A stretch of 57,361 bases of DNA from an uncultured Clostridia bacterium (GCA_947589645.1 CANQCG010000005.1:1-57361); one strand, 5' to 3'; positions 32,801-44,675 are shown, counted from the first letter of the stretch. Translations and numbers: made by a program. The notes: a model not told the origin generated them from the sequence alone.

Positions 32801-35800
32801 AGCGAACGAAGGCTCAGGCTCAGTAGGAGAAGCAACCATAAACCTAAACGGCGGAGTAGTAGCTGGCTGGATATTAGGAGGATCAGCTTACGGAACAGGA
32901 ACAGTAGGAACAACTAACATAAACCTAAAAGGCGGAACAGTATCTGGATATGTATTTGGAGGAGCGTGTGAAGGCTCAGGAACAGTAGAAACAGTAATTA
33001 TAAATCAAGAGGGTACAACTATAGGTGAGAAAGTATTTGCAGGAGGCTACAATGGCGCCGGAATTGTAGGCACAGCAACTATAAATCTAAAAAAAGGAAA
33101 AATAAATGAAATTTATGGAGGAGCCAAGCATCATACTGAAACAGTGAAAACTTCAACCATAAACTTAGAAGGCGGTGAAGTAGATTTTGTGTTTGGAGGC
33201 GGAGAAGGATGCTCTGGAACAGTAGAAAATGTAAATATAATAGTAGATGGAGTCACACATTGTGGTCACATAATATGTGGACCTTATTTCTCACCAGGAT
33301 TAGTAAAACAAGTAGATTTACTGTTAAAAGCTCGTAATAATTTGACGATTGATCAAATATTTGGGGGAGGATGGAATTCATCTGTAGGAACAGTAAATAT
33401 AGAAATGAATGGAAATTTAACTGTTAATGCTATGATTGCAGGATGTAGAGAAAACTCTGGAGATGTAGAGGAAGCCAATATAAATTTAATATCAGGAACA
33501 ATATTATCAGTAGCTGGTGGAGGTGATTCTGGAAATGTAAAAAAAGTAAATATACAATCAAATGGAGCTTCAATTGGAGAAATATGTGGCGGTCGTGGAG
33601 GAACGGTAGAAGAAGCAACCATCAACTTAAACAGTGGAATAATATCTGGCAATATATATGGCGGAGCAGACGGTGGTTCAGGAACAGTAGAAACAGCAAA
33701 CATAAACCTAAACGGCGGAACAGTAACTGGAAGCATATATGGAGGAGCAAATAGAGACACAGGAACAGTAGAAACAGCAAACATAAACCTAAAAGGTGCA
33801 ACAGTAAATGGTAATATATATGGAGGATCAAGTGCGGGCTCAGGCTCAGTAGGAACATTAACCATAAAATCAGACGCTGGAGAAGTAAAAGGAGACATAT
33901 ATGGAGGAGCAAACGCAGGCTCAGGTACAGTACAAACAGCAAGCATAACCGTAAATGGAGGAACAGTATCTGGAAGCATATACGGAGGAGCAAACGCAAG
34001 CTCAGGTACAGTACAAACTGCAAGCATAACCGTAAATGGTGGAACAGTATCTGGAAGCGTATATGGTGGAGGTATAAGATCTACCATAGGAACTAAAGAC
34101 ACAGCAGGAAAGACTACATTAAATATTGTAGGAGGAACTATAGAAGGAAGCGTATTTGGAGGCTCTAAAAATGGCACAGTATATGGAAATGTAGCAATAA
34201 ATATAGGAAAAGGAGCAACCGAAATTGATGATTCAGTAGCAAATAGCTTAGAAATCAAAGGAGATATATATGGTGGAGGAAACCTAGACACAGCAACTAA
34301 TTATACAGACAAATTAGTAACAGGAGCATCTACCATAAATATAGACGGAAAAGATTATACAAACTTTAAAGTAAATGGCAACATATTTGGTTCAGGCAGA
34401 TACAGTACAGTAAATAGTTCAACTATTACAATCAAAAATGTAGGTGCAAACAAAGCTCCACATCTAATACAATCAGTACAAAGAACAGACCTATTAACCA
34501 TAGATAAATCAAATGTAGAAATAATAGGTGCATCAGACTCAACGAACTTAAATGTTGAGATAGCCTTCACACTAAATAGAATAGAAGACTTAAAAATAAA
34601 GAATGGAACAACATTACATGTAAGAAGAGGCTTTAACCAAGTAGAACAATTTGATTCTTTAGTAGATATAGACGGAAAAGAAACCAAGGCCGAAGTAAAA
34701 ATAGAGAATAATAATGCAATAGCTTCACAAAATGTAATAAACAGAGTATACATGTACGAAGGCGTAAACTTAATAATAGCAAAAGAACAATATGTACAAA
34801 ACAAAGAGCTAACATTATATGGAAAAGTAAGTGGAATGACCTTCTTAGGAATGTATGCAAGAGATAGAGAAAATGACGAATTAAAATATGATGTGTATGA
34901 CCCAGACAAACCAAGCAATGGAAACTTATTCAAACTAGGAGGCTATGTAGAAGGACTATATGATGAGAATAAAGCAATAAAAGTAGATGGCTTCTATACA
35001 AACGAATTAGAAAAACTAGATGATCCAAACTCAAATATAGTTCAAAAATATGTAGATGTCATAACAAATCAACCAATAAGTCAAGATTGGATAATAGGAA
35101 TGACAACATACTTCCACCGAGAAACATTAATAGCAAAGAGAAGCAAAGATAAAATACATGCTGAAGTACCACTAGCCCAATTAAATGAAGAAGGAGTAGG
35201 CTATAACGTAAACTTATTCTCAATAAACAGCTTAGAAAGTGGAATAAACTTAATAGATAAGTCACAAATACCAACAATGGCAGAAACTTCAGAAAAGGCA
35301 AATACAACCTTTGCGCTAACAATGAGAAACGGAAAATCAGGCTGGAAGACACAAGGAGAAACAAACTTCTACTCATCAGAAGAAACACCAATATTAGGAA
35401 CAAGACAATACTTAACAGATGATAGCGGAAATGTACCAACAATAGACCTATACTTATATAATTCAATAAATATAAGCGAAACAAGTGATGCAGGTTTAGT
35501 AAGTATAATGTTAATAGTAAAAGAAATAAATAATAGTGACTTAACTCAAGGTGGGGTATTTAGAATAATGATAACTGTAAACATACAAACCTTGGTAGAA
35601 GACTTAAATGATTTTTCAACAGAAACACATATAGATAAAGGACAAAACTATGATTTATTTGCACTAAATAGCACACATATAAGCGAAAGAAGTTCTATGA
35701 CATTAGCAACAACAGTATACCCATTAGGAGTTTTCGCAGATTCAGATTACAGAGCATTAGTATCAACATGCAAATTACCTATAAAGACTGAAATAACAAT

Positions 35801-37043
35801 GATTGATTATGTAAGAGATAGCAAACCAACAATCTACTATTATGAAGTAACTAAAGATCCAGATGGTACAACTACAGATGGAAAATACATTTATAAATTG
35901 TCTAACTTCACATTGATGGGAAGTACAAGCGGAAATGCAAATTACGATAACCCAAATGCAACATACAAGCAAAAAGAATATGAGGAATATAGATTTATTC
36001 TAGACTTCAAAGATGCAACTATCCCAGAAGATTTAACAGATCAAACTATAACATTAGAAATAATGAATGCATCAAACCAAGCTAAGTCAGAACAATTAAA
36101 TGATATAGACTTTAACATATACGTAAATAAGAACTCTAGCTTATCATTAAATGTTACAAAAGATTCTAACAATGTTTATGAAATAATAAGCGAAGGTAAA
36201 CTAGTATTTGACGTAACAACAGACTTAACAGTACAAAAAGTAAATGACGAAGTTGTAAATGACACATATTATGATAATAAGCATTTAGGAATTGGAATAT
36301 CATTATATGATTTAGAGAAGAAAAATAGAATCTCATATGAAAAGATAAAGGGAAGTTACTTAATAATGGATGGAATAATGTATTATCCAGACAAGACAGG
36401 AGTAATAAGAATTTATCTATCAGACAACATAGTAAATGTAAAGAAACACATAGAATTATATATCAAAGGAAATCTAATAGACAGTGGAGATTATCAAATA
36501 AGAATAGAAGACTTCGCATCAGATAATGGAACATTCTATGGACTAGATGGAGAACAACAAGATTATACACAAATACATGTAATAGATTTAGAGCATGGCT
36601 TAAGTGTTGAGGTGTCAGATGACGACAGAGTAATAGATGCAAATGCAGGTTTAAATTACAACGGAGAAGGAGAAATAAACTTCGATATAAAAGCATCAGA
36701 CGTAGTAAAGAATGCAAATATAAGGATGATATTATATAGAAGAGATTTAACCTATAACGGTGATTTAACGTATGCAGATGTAACCTATTCAGAAGTCGAC
36801 CTAAGTGAATATGTAACAACAGAATTATCACATCCAAGTGCAGAATTACATCCATCAAGTCAAAACGAATATTTAGTAAACGACCAAGTAGAAGAAGAAG
36901 CATTAACACAGCTAACACTAAACTTAAAAGATAATTTAACGACAGGTGGTTATAAACTAGTATTCGAATTATATAGTGGAGATGTTCTATTAGGAAAGGT
37001 AGAAAGACATTTTGTAGTAACAGATTTAATAAATGTACCATAG
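17881..37043 (+). CDS. Giant repetitive surface/adhesin-like protein (~6,390 aa) spanning ORFs 17854-19377, 19226-32578 and 32532-37043, joined by two +1 shifts (recoded gene, pseudogene or assembly error)
   Basis: N-terminal TM anchor; FNANGG...F.GW...T.YA repeat split at junction 1; Ig-like repeats; LamG-like domain ~30270-30900; GG-rich beta-helix-like repeats continuous across junction 2; one terminator after 37043. Confidence 0.75.
23900..29625 (+). repeat. 16 tandem ~120-aa coding repeats (FDNxxP...YQW...GxYxLYI...DN)
   Basis: 16 YQW motifs counted; 3-unit block repeated with a 1068-bp period (26408, 27476, 28544). Confidence 0.9.
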
Positions 37044-37055
37044 CTTTCTATAATT

Positions 37056-37093
37056 ATTAAAGGCTTAAGCTTAAATTGGCTTAAGCCTTTAAT
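37056..37093 (+). terminator. Intrinsic terminator after giant gene
   Basis: ATTAAAGGCTTAAGC...GCTTAAGCCTTTAAT, 15-bp perfect stem. Confidence 0.8.
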
Positions 37094-37253
37094 ACATCAA
37101 TTTAAAAGTTATAATTATTGACATCATAAAATATATGATGCTTGGTATATAAAATAAATAAATGTTGAAGCTTTAAAAGTTATAATTATTGACATCGGGA
37201 TCAATAAATATTAAAATATATTATAGAAGCCTTAATACAAAGGAGGCCAATTT

Positions 37254-38408
37254 ATGAGAAAAGAAGATGTTAAATCAATTCTTTTAATATTTTTTATTCT
37301 ATTACTAATATCTGCAATTTCTATTCTAGGAATAAATGTATATCTTAATGTTATAAACAAAAGTCAAAGTGATGCGCCATTATACGAGGGAAATATCGTT
37401 ACAACACCAGATAAAAATAATACTAATACTAATAATACTAATAATACTATAGTTGTAGAACATTCAGATGATATATTAAACCAAGTTACTTCAGCAGGGC
37501 AAAATACTCAAACAGCTAATTCTAATACATATGCAGATCAACAAAATGGATATTATTACAACCAGTTAAATGACTATTCAAAGATAATTTATGATGCACT
37601 TAAAAATAATAAAGAAAACTTAAAAACAGGAACATATAAATTAGAATTTAACAATGTATTTGATAAATTGTTATCAACCGAAGGTGGCACTGAACTATTG
37701 CAAAGCTACTATCAGTCAGCAATGGAGACATATTTATATGATAACCCTGATATATTTTACTTAGACCCAAATAAAATGTATATAAATATACGAACCATTA
37801 AAAAAATATTTAGTACGACTTACGAAGTGTTTATAGATTGTGGCAATAATTCTAATTATTTTACAAAAGATTATACTTCCAAACAGCAAATTGTAGAATA
37901 TGAGAATCAGATAAATAAAGAAGTTCAAAAGATTTTATCTTTAGCAAATGGAAAAAGCGACTATCAGAAAATACAAATTGTGCATGATTATTTAATTGAT
38001 AGCATCACTTATGAGAGCAGTATTTCTAAGCCTAATATATATAATATTTATGGAGCATTAGTAAACAAGGAGTCAGTTTGTGAAGGTTATGCAAAAGCTT
38101 TTAAACATTTAATGAATAATTTAAACATAGAATGTATAATCGTTACAGGAAATGCAATTGATTCAAAGGGTGAATCTCAAAGTCATGCTTGGAATTATAT
38201 AAAATTGAATAATGAATGGTACGCTGTTGATGTAACTTGGGATGATCCTATAATTATAGGCGGAGGTACAGCTTCAGATAAGCATAAATATAAATATTTC
38301 TTAAAGGGAAAAAATACAATGGATGCTGACCATATAGTATCTTTTACATTTGTAGATAATGGCAAACAATATACTCATCCAAATTTAAATGAAAGAGATT
38401 ATGTTTAA
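37254..38408 (+). CDS. Membrane-anchored transglutaminase-like domain protein
   Basis: VHDYL, VCEGYAKAF, HAWN, DVTWDD (Cys-His-Asp triad). Confidence 0.88.
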   Translation: MRKEDVKSILLIFFILLLISAISILGINVYLNVINKSQSDAPLYEGNIVTTPDKNNTNTNNTNNTIVVEHSDDILNQVTSAGQNTQTANSNTYADQQNGYYYNQLNDYSKIIYDALKNNKENLKTGTYKLEFNNVFDKLLSTEGGTELLQSYYQSAMETYLYDNPDIFYLDPNKMYINIRTIKKIFSTTYEVFIDCGNNSNYFTKDYTSKQQIVEYENQINKEVQKILSLANGKSDYQKIQIVHDYLIDSITYESSISKPNIYNIYGALVNKESVCEGYAKAFKHLMNNLNIECIIVTGNAIDSKGESQSHAWNYIKLNNEWYAVDVTWDDPIIIGGGTASDKHKYKYFLKGKNTMDADHIVSFTFVDNGKQYTHPNLNERDYV

Positions 38409-38495
38409 ATATAAGCTGAATATAAATAATAAATATAACTTGAATATAAATAATAAATATAACTTGAATATAAATAATAGATGTAAGCTAAATTT
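38407..38495. repeat. 24-bp tandem repeat x3.5
   Basis: AAATATAACTTGAATATAAATAAT-type units starting at the stop codon. Confidence 0.8.
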
Positions 38496-38611
38496 AAACT
38501 GAATTAAATAGGCCCCCTCATTTGTGTGAGGGGGTTTATAATTTCTTGCTATTTTTTTATTTATATTAAAAATATGAAATCGTAAAATTTTAAAAGACAA
38601 AATTTATAGTA

Positions 38612-40090
38612 TTATAATATTATGCAAATTAGTCCGCCACTGCCTTCGTTTACAATTCTTTCCAATGTTTCTTGAAGTTTTGCTTGTGCTTCATCTGGCA
38701 TTTTAGAAAGTTTAGTTTGTAATCCTTCATTTACAAGGTCATGCAAGCTTTTTCCAAATATATTTGAATCCCATATTTGTTTTGGATCATTTTCAAATTC
38801 TGAAAGTAGATAATTTACAAGTTCTTCTGATTGTTTTTCTGAGCCGACAATTGGAGAAACTTCGGTTTCAATATTAGCACGTATCATATGTATAGAAGGA
38901 GCGGTGGCATGCAATTTTACTCCAAATCTTGAGCCTTGTTTTACCATTTCTGGCTCATCTAAAACAAGTTCATCAATAGAAGGCGTAACAATTCCATAAC
39001 CTTTAGCATTTACTTCTTCTAACGCGTAAGCAATTTTATCATATTTCTTTTTAGCCACAGATAAAGTAGAAATTGTTGAAAATAAGTCGCCTTCATTACA
39101 AATTTGAACTCCCGTCATTTCAGAAAGCACTTTATAGAATAATTCTTCTTTTACATTAATGTTTACGCAAACATTTCCTGTTCCAAGCATGATGTCAGTT
39201 GGCACAGCAGATACAATTATTTCTGATGCCCCAAAAGAATTTATGCAAGAACTTATTTCTTTTAACACTCTTACATCTTTAAAAGCTTCTTTAATTTCTT
39301 TAAAAATCTCGGTCTTTAGTGGATGGGCAAAGTCTAAACCATCAATCCATTTAGGTAGATTAATAGAAATTTGTTCAATTGGAAATTCATATAAAACTTT
39401 TGAAAACATGTCATTAATATCTTCAATTGAAAGTTCTTCACAATTTATTGGTATAACTTGAACATCATATTTACTACTTAATTGATCTGCAAGAGCTTGA
39501 GCTTCTTCTGAGTGTGGCTGGCTAGAGTTAAGTAAAATTATAAAAGGTTTTTTTAGACTTTTTAATTCAGAGACTACACGTTCTTCTGCTTCGACATAGT
39601 CTTCTCTTGGAATATCTGTTATAGAGCCATCTGTTGTAACTACTATTCCAATAGTAGAATGTTCTTCAATAACTTTTTTAGTTCCAATTTCTGCTGCCTT
39701 TTCAAAAGGAATTTCTTCATCAAACCAAGGTGTTTTTACCATTCTTGGCATGTCGTCTTCTAAATAACCAATTGCGTTATTAACTAAATAGCCAACACAA
39801 TCAACTAAACGAGTTTTTAATTTTAAATTGTTGTCAATAGTAATTTCTATAGCCTCATTTGGAACAAATTTTGGCTCTGTTGTCATTATAGTACGACCTC
39901 CAGCACTTTGAGGGAGTTCGTCTTTAGCGCGTTCCTTTTTATATTCATTATCGATGTTTGGAATAACAAGTAAATTCATAAATTTTTTTATAAAAGTTGA
40001 TTTACCAGTTCTAACAGGGCCGACAACTCCAACATAAATATCACCATCAGTTCTTTTGGCTATATCTTGATATAAATTCAAGTTTTCCAT
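38612..40090 (-). CDS. spoIVA: Stage IV sporulation protein A
   Basis: GVVGPVRTGKSTFIKKFM; C-terminal NEGSGGLICIIL; 492 aa. Confidence 0.98.
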   Translation of the reverse strand: MENLNLYQDIAKRTDGDIYVGVVGPVRTGKSTFIKKFMNLLVIPNIDNEYKKERAKDELPQSAGGRTIMTTEPKFVPNEAIEITIDNNLKLKTRLVDCVGYLVNNAIGYLEDDMPRMVKTPWFDEEIPFEKAAEIGTKKVIEEHSTIGIVVTTDGSITDIPREDYVEAEERVVSELKSLKKPFIILLNSSQPHSEEAQALADQLSSKYDVQVIPINCEELSIEDINDMFSKVLYEFPIEQISINLPKWIDGLDFAHPLKTEIFKEIKEAFKDVRVLKEISSCINSFGASEIIVSAVPTDIMLGTGNVCVNINVKEELFYKVLSEMTGVQICNEGDLFSTISTLSVAKKKYDKIAYALEEVNAKGYGIVTPSIDELVLDEPEMVKQGSRFGVKLHATAPSIHMIRANIETEVSPIVGSEKQSEELVNYLLSEFENDPKQIWDSNIFGKSLHDLVNEGLQTKLSKMPDEAQAKLQETLERIVNEGSGGLICIIL

Positions 40091-40101
40091 TAAAATACCT
40101 C

Positions 40102-40190
40102 CTTATTTTTTGAGCTAATTTTGCTTATTTTTGGGCTAATTTTGCTTATTTTCGAGCTAATCTTGCACAAATGTGAGCTAATCTTGCTCA
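40102..40190. repeat. 21-22-bp tandem repeat x4 upstream of spoIVA
   Basis: GRGCTAATYTTGC repeated four times. Confidence 0.8.
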
Positions 40191-40267
40191 AAAGTTTGTA
40201 CCATAAACTTTTATTAATGTATATTGGAATAAATTCAAAATTATGATTAAATCTTAAAAAACATTTG

Positions 40268-40740
40268 AAATTTTATATTTCTTTTGTAAAATATATGCCT
40301 TTCTAGTCCGGTTCATTTTTTATTTTTATATATCTTTTTCAAAATGAGGCCTTTTCTAGTCCGGTTCATTTTTGAATCTTATATTTCTTTTCCAAAATAC
40401 ATGCTTTTCTAGACCGGTTCATTTTTGAATTGTAAATAATATTAGTAGCAATTTTAAGAAAATTTAATATATCTTTCTTTGATTTAACCCTTTTCTCATC
40501 TATAAATCTTTATTTTTTTATGTAAAGTTAATGATTTCTAGACGAGAAAAGGGCATAATTTCAAAAACAAATATAAAAATTCTAGTGTGAAACGACTAGA
40601 AAAGCATGTATTTTGGAAGAGAAATATAAAACTTAAGTGTGAAACGATTAGAAAAGCATGTTTTTTGCAAAAGATATATATAATCTAAAAAAATGAATCG
40701 GACTAGAAAAGCATGTTTTTTCAAAAAGAAATATATTATC
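40268..40740. repeat. Composite intergenic repeat, copy B (3 direct units, palindromic core, 3 inverted units)
   Basis: CTAG at 40303, 40356, 40409; TTTTATGTAAAGT in core loop; inverted TAGAAAAGCATG units at 40590-40740. Confidence 0.88.
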
Positions 40741-40856
40741 TGTACCAATTTTACTAATAATGTATTGATTTAATAAAATAAATATGATAATATTCGAAAT
40801 AGTTAAATATTTTAGGAATATAATAATATATAAAATAAATGAAACGGAGGAACAAA

Positions 40857-41822
40857 ATGCAAGAAGATGTTTTGGCTATTGTAATGGCTGCTGGAAAGGG
40901 AACTAGAATGAAATCTAAAAATTCAAAGCTATTACATAAAATATATGGAAAAGAAATAATAAAAAGAGCAGTTGAAAATGTAAAAAAGGCAGGAATTGAT
41001 GAAGTAATTACAGTTGTTGGGTATAAAAGAGAAGAGGTTCAAGATGTGTTAAAAGATACTGTAAAATATGCAATACAAGAGGAACAATTAGGAACAGGTC
41101 ATGCAGTAATGCAAGCAGCAAAGTTTTTGGAAGGAACAACAGGAAAAGTTTTAGTTTTAAATGGCGATCATCCAATTATGAGACCTGAAACTTTGAGAAA
41201 TATCGTAGAAACTTCATGCCAAAGAGGAGAAAGTGCTACTATATTAACAATGGTTTGTGATGATGATATTTTACCTTATGGAAGAGTAATACATGATAAA
41301 GATGGAAAAGTAAGAGAAATAATTGAACAAAAAGATTGTAATGAAGAACAATTTAAAATAAAAGAAGTTAACTTAGGAATGTATTGCTTTGATGTTCAAG
41401 AACTGATAAAAGCTCTAAAATTATTAAAAAATGACAATGCTCAAAAAGAATATTATTTAACCGATGTAATTAAAATAATGTATGATAAAGGTTTAAAAAC
41501 TGGTTCAATTGTAGTATCTGATAATGATGAAGTTATTGGCGTAAATGATAGAATAGATTTACAAATTTTAACAAAAGCATTGCAACTAAGAATTAATAGA
41601 GAATTTATGAAAGATGGAATTACAATAGAAGATATAAATTCAACTTACATATATGATGATGTAAAAATTGGCAGAGACACAATAATTCATCCAAATACTA
41701 CAATTAAGTCAGGTGTAGAAATAGGGGAAGATTGCGAAATTGGACCTTATGCTTTAATTGATGAAAATTGCAAAATACCTGATGGACAAAAAATCGGTAG
41801 CTTTGTTGAAATAAAAAAATAA
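40857..41822 (+). CDS. glmU: GlmU, C-terminally truncated (uridyltransferase domain plus start of the left-handed beta-helix)
   Basis: MAAGKGTRMKS, QLGTGHA, NAQKEYYLTD, GVNDR; stops after GSFVEIKK. Confidence 0.88.
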   Translation: MQEDVLAIVMAAGKGTRMKSKNSKLLHKIYGKEIIKRAVENVKKAGIDEVITVVGYKREEVQDVLKDTVKYAIQEEQLGTGHAVMQAAKFLEGTTGKVLVLNGDHPIMRPETLRNIVETSCQRGESATILTMVCDDDILPYGRVIHDKDGKVREIIEQKDCNEEQFKIKEVNLGMYCFDVQELIKALKLLKNDNAQKEYYLTDVIKIMYDKGLKTGSIVVSDNDEVIGVNDRIDLQILTKALQLRINREFMKDGITIEDINSTYIYDDVKIGRDTIIHPNTTIKSGVEIGEDCEIGPYALIDENCKIPDGQKIGSFVEIKK

Positions 41823-41994
41823 TTTAATCGGTAGCTTTGTTGAAATAAAAAAAAAATTTAATTTGTATTTTCGCAAAAATAAAAGATAATTATATAAGAA
41901 GCTTCTTGAAATAAAAAGTAATAAAAGTAATAAAAGAAAGCTCGCTTGTTAAACAATATGTTTAATAAGTGAGCTATTTTTTTACTATAATTTT

Positions 41995-42366
41995 TTACAT
42001 AGATTGGTTACCAGGTATAAAGTAATCAATAACGCCATAAATTAAAGCACCGATTATAGCAGCCATCCAAGAAATTGTATATCCTGCTACAAAGAATTGT
42101 GTAACATATAAAATTACAGCAGCTAAAGCAAATCCTACGAATCCTTTTCCAAATGGACTTGCATGTAAACCAGTAAATTTAACAATTAAATAATCTAAAA
42201 CTGTTAAAACTATAGCAGCTATTGCTAGTGTCCAAAAATTATTAATATGGAAACCAGGTGTAAAGAAAGCAGTTATAGCTAAAACTATAGCAGCAGCAAC
42301 TAATCTACCAATTACTTGCCAAACTGTACTTGTACCAGTATTAGTATTGCTTTGAGTATTTGACAT
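41995..42366 (-). CDS. 4-TM holin-like (YvlD-type) membrane protein
   Basis: Four hydrophobic segments, PGF.I..FW...IAA pattern; GGAGG RBS. Confidence 0.75.
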   Translation of the reverse strand: MSNTQSNTNTGTSTVWQVIGRLVAAAIVLAITAFFTPGFHINNFWTLAIAAIVLTVLDYLIVKFTGLHASPFGKGFVGFALAAVILYVTQFFVAGYTISWMAAIIGALIYGVIDYFIPGNQSM

Positions 42367-42520
42367 GATACAAAACCTCCTTTTTGTTTATTCTAAATTT
42401 ATTAAATGTAAATTAATACAAGGTTACAAAGTTATTATTGACAATAAAAAAATATTTATTCAATCAATGTGAATAAATAGATAAAATTTGTTCAAAATAA
42501 ACTTGTGAGGAGAAATTTCA

Positions 42521-43195
42521 ATGTTAATAACTTTTTTTAGATCAATAATTTTATACATAGTTGTATTAATTGTTATGAGATTAATGGGAAAAAGAGAAAT
42601 AGGACAATTACAACCATTCGAACTTGCAATATCAATTATGATTGCGGACTTAGCATCAAGTCCAATGACAGAGGTTGGAATTCCTATAAGTAATGGAATA
42701 ATACCAATTTTGGGATTATTAGTTATGCATTTGCTAATTTCATTAATGAATTTAAAAAGTAACAGAGCAAGAGAAATTATTTGTGGAAAGCCAAGAATTT
42801 TAATGTATAGAGGAAAAATAGATGAGAAAGCGCTAAAAAAGGAAAGATTTTCAATAAATGAATTACAAGAAAGACTAAGAAACAATAATATAATGCACCT
42901 AGGAGATGTAGAATTTGCAATTTTAGAAACAAGTGGGCAAATAACTGTAATTCAAAAGCCGAATAAAAGAAACACAACTCCAGAAGATTTTGGCATAATG
43001 CCTGAATACGAAGGAATACCTTATGATTTAATAGTTGATGGAAAAACGATGACAGAAAATTTACAAAAAATAGGAAAAAATTATGAATGGCTTAGAAGAC
43101 AAGTAGAAAAATTTGGATTAAAGCCAGAAGAGGTTTTAGTTGCTACAATTGATGGAAAAGGACAATTTTTCTGCCAGAAAAGAGCAAAAAAATAA
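42521..43195 (+). CDS. DUF421 (YetF-like) membrane protein
   Basis: MRLMGKREIGQLQPFEL, AILETSGQITV. Confidence 0.9.
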   Translation: MLITFFRSIILYIVVLIVMRLMGKREIGQLQPFELAISIMIADLASSPMTEVGIPISNGIIPILGLLVMHLLISLMNLKSNRAREIICGKPRILMYRGKIDEKALKKERFSINELQERLRNNNIMHLGDVEFAILETSGQITVIQKPNKRNTTPEDFGIMPEYEGIPYDLIVDGKTMTENLQKIGKNYEWLRRQVEKFGLKPEEVLVATIDGKGQFFCQKRAKK

Positions 43196-43289
43196 AGCTT
43201 TTCAAACATAATATTATTGTCTAAAGCCAATTTTTTATACAAAAACGCAATGCATTTTAAAAATGAATCGGAGGGAGTTTAGAAAGTTT

Positions 43290-43670
43290 ATGGTAAAAGA
43301 ATTAGTAATTTCTATAATAATTGTAATTAGTATAGTTTCAGTTGATTTTATTACGCAAAATTACACCAATGATAGCATCGCACAAACAAGTGCAATGCTA
43401 AATAATTTAAAAGATCAAGTTAATAAAGAGCAAGATAATTTGCAAGATAATATAGAGCAAATTTCTAGCACATGGGAGGACAAGACCCATAAATTAGCAT
43501 ATTTTATTGAGCATGATGAACTAGAAAAAGTAGAAACTAACTTAACTAATATAAAAAGTTTTATAAAAGTAGGGGATACTAACATGATTATTAAAAGCAT
43601 AGAAGAAGCAGAATTTTTGTTAGATCATATAAAAGATAAAAATGCTCTAAGTTTAGAGAATATATTTTAA
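43290..43670 (+). CDS. DUF4363 family protein
   Basis: W...LAYFIEHDELE and C-terminal SLENIF; follows DUF421; start moved to ATG 43290. Confidence 0.8.
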   Translation: MVKELVISIIIVISIVSVDFITQNYTNDSIAQTSAMLNNLKDQVNKEQDNLQDNIEQISSTWEDKTHKLAYFIEHDELEKVETNLTNIKSFIKVGDTNMIIKSIEEAEFLLDHIKDKNALSLENIF

Positions 43671-43790
43671 AAAATTTTTATATTAAATTATATTTAAAAT
43701 AGTAAATAAATTTTTATCGCAAATATATTTTAAAAAATAAAGAGATTTTCTATTACAACGCAATGTTAAATAGACAATCTCTTTTAAGCT

Positions 43791-44675
43791 TTATATATTT
43801 TCTAATTCTTTTTTCAAAATTTTTTTATTTGCCTCTTGCATCTCAACTAATGGAAGTCTTGGTTTTCCAAAATCGAAGCCAATCATTTTTAGAGCTGCTT
43901 TAACAGGGATAGGGTTAACTTCTGAAAATAGTGCTTTAGTTAGTGGAATAGAATCTAATTGTAACTTAATAGCTTTTAAAATATCTCCACTAAAAAAGCT
44001 ATCTACCATATCACTTACAAGTTTTGGCTTTACATTAGAAAGTACAGAAATTACACCTTTTCCACCTAAAGACAAAACAGGAAGAATTTGATCATCATTG
44101 CCAGAATAAATATATAAGTTATCTTTGCAGAGATGGGCGATTTCTGCAACTTGTGATAAATTGCCACTAGCTTCTTTTATTGCAACAATGTTATCTATTT
44201 TTGAAAGTTCTAAGCAAGTTTTAGGAGAAATATTTAGACCGGTTCTTCCAGGAACATTATATAAAATGATAGGAAGTTTAGTAGAGTGCGCTATAGCAGA
44301 GTAATGTGCAACAAGACCTTCTTGTGTAGTTTTATTATAATAAGGTGTAACAATTAGTAAACCATCTACTCCGAGTTCTTCGCATGTCTTGCACATTTCT
44401 ATTGCTTGAGCAGTATTGTTACTTCCTGCTCCTGCAATAATTGGTATTCTACCATTAGAACATTCTACTGCACATTTTATTGTATCAATTTTTTCTAGTA
44501 TTGTCATAGTACTTGCTTCACCTGTAGTACCACAAACAATGATTGCGTCTACTCCATTTGAAATTTGAAATTCAATTAATCTTTTAAATTCTTCAAAATT
44601 CACACCATTTTCTGTAAAAGGTGTAGCAATTGCTGTACCACAACCTGTAAATAATAATTTTTTCATAAAATTCAT
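43791..44675 (-). CDS. dapA: 4-hydroxy-tetrahydrodipicolinate synthase
   Basis: GTTGE, TPYYNK, LYNVPGRTG, IKEASG, NPIPVK. Confidence 0.97.
   Translation of the reverse strand: MNFMKKLLFTGCGTAIATPFTENGVNFEEFKRLIEFQISNGVDAIIVCGTTGEASTMTILEKIDTIKCAVECSNGRIPIIAGAGSNNTAQAIEMCKTCEELGVDGLLIVTPYYNKTTQEGLVAHYSAIAHSTKLPIILYNVPGRTGLNISPKTCLELSKIDNIVAIKEASGNLSQVAEIAHLCKDNLYIYSGNDDQILPVLSLGGKGVISVLSNVKPKLVSDMVDSFFSGDILKAIKLQLDSIPLTKALFSEVNPIPVKAALKMIGFDFGKPRLPLVEMQEANKKILKKELENI

Noticed and set aside
20643..37041. Many Leu-rich minus-strand ORFs
   Set aside because: Antisense shadows of the A-rich repetitive giant gene.
40839..40856. In-frame CGG in extended N-termini of glmU and the DUF4363 gene (43263-43289) as counter-examples to CGG avoidance
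   Set aside because: These CGGAGG sequences are the likely Shine-Dalgarno regions for downstream ATGs and are probably untranslated.
41995..42366. Prophage signalled by the holin-like gene
   Set aside because: YvlD-like proteins are common chromosomal genes, and there are no phage genes nearby.
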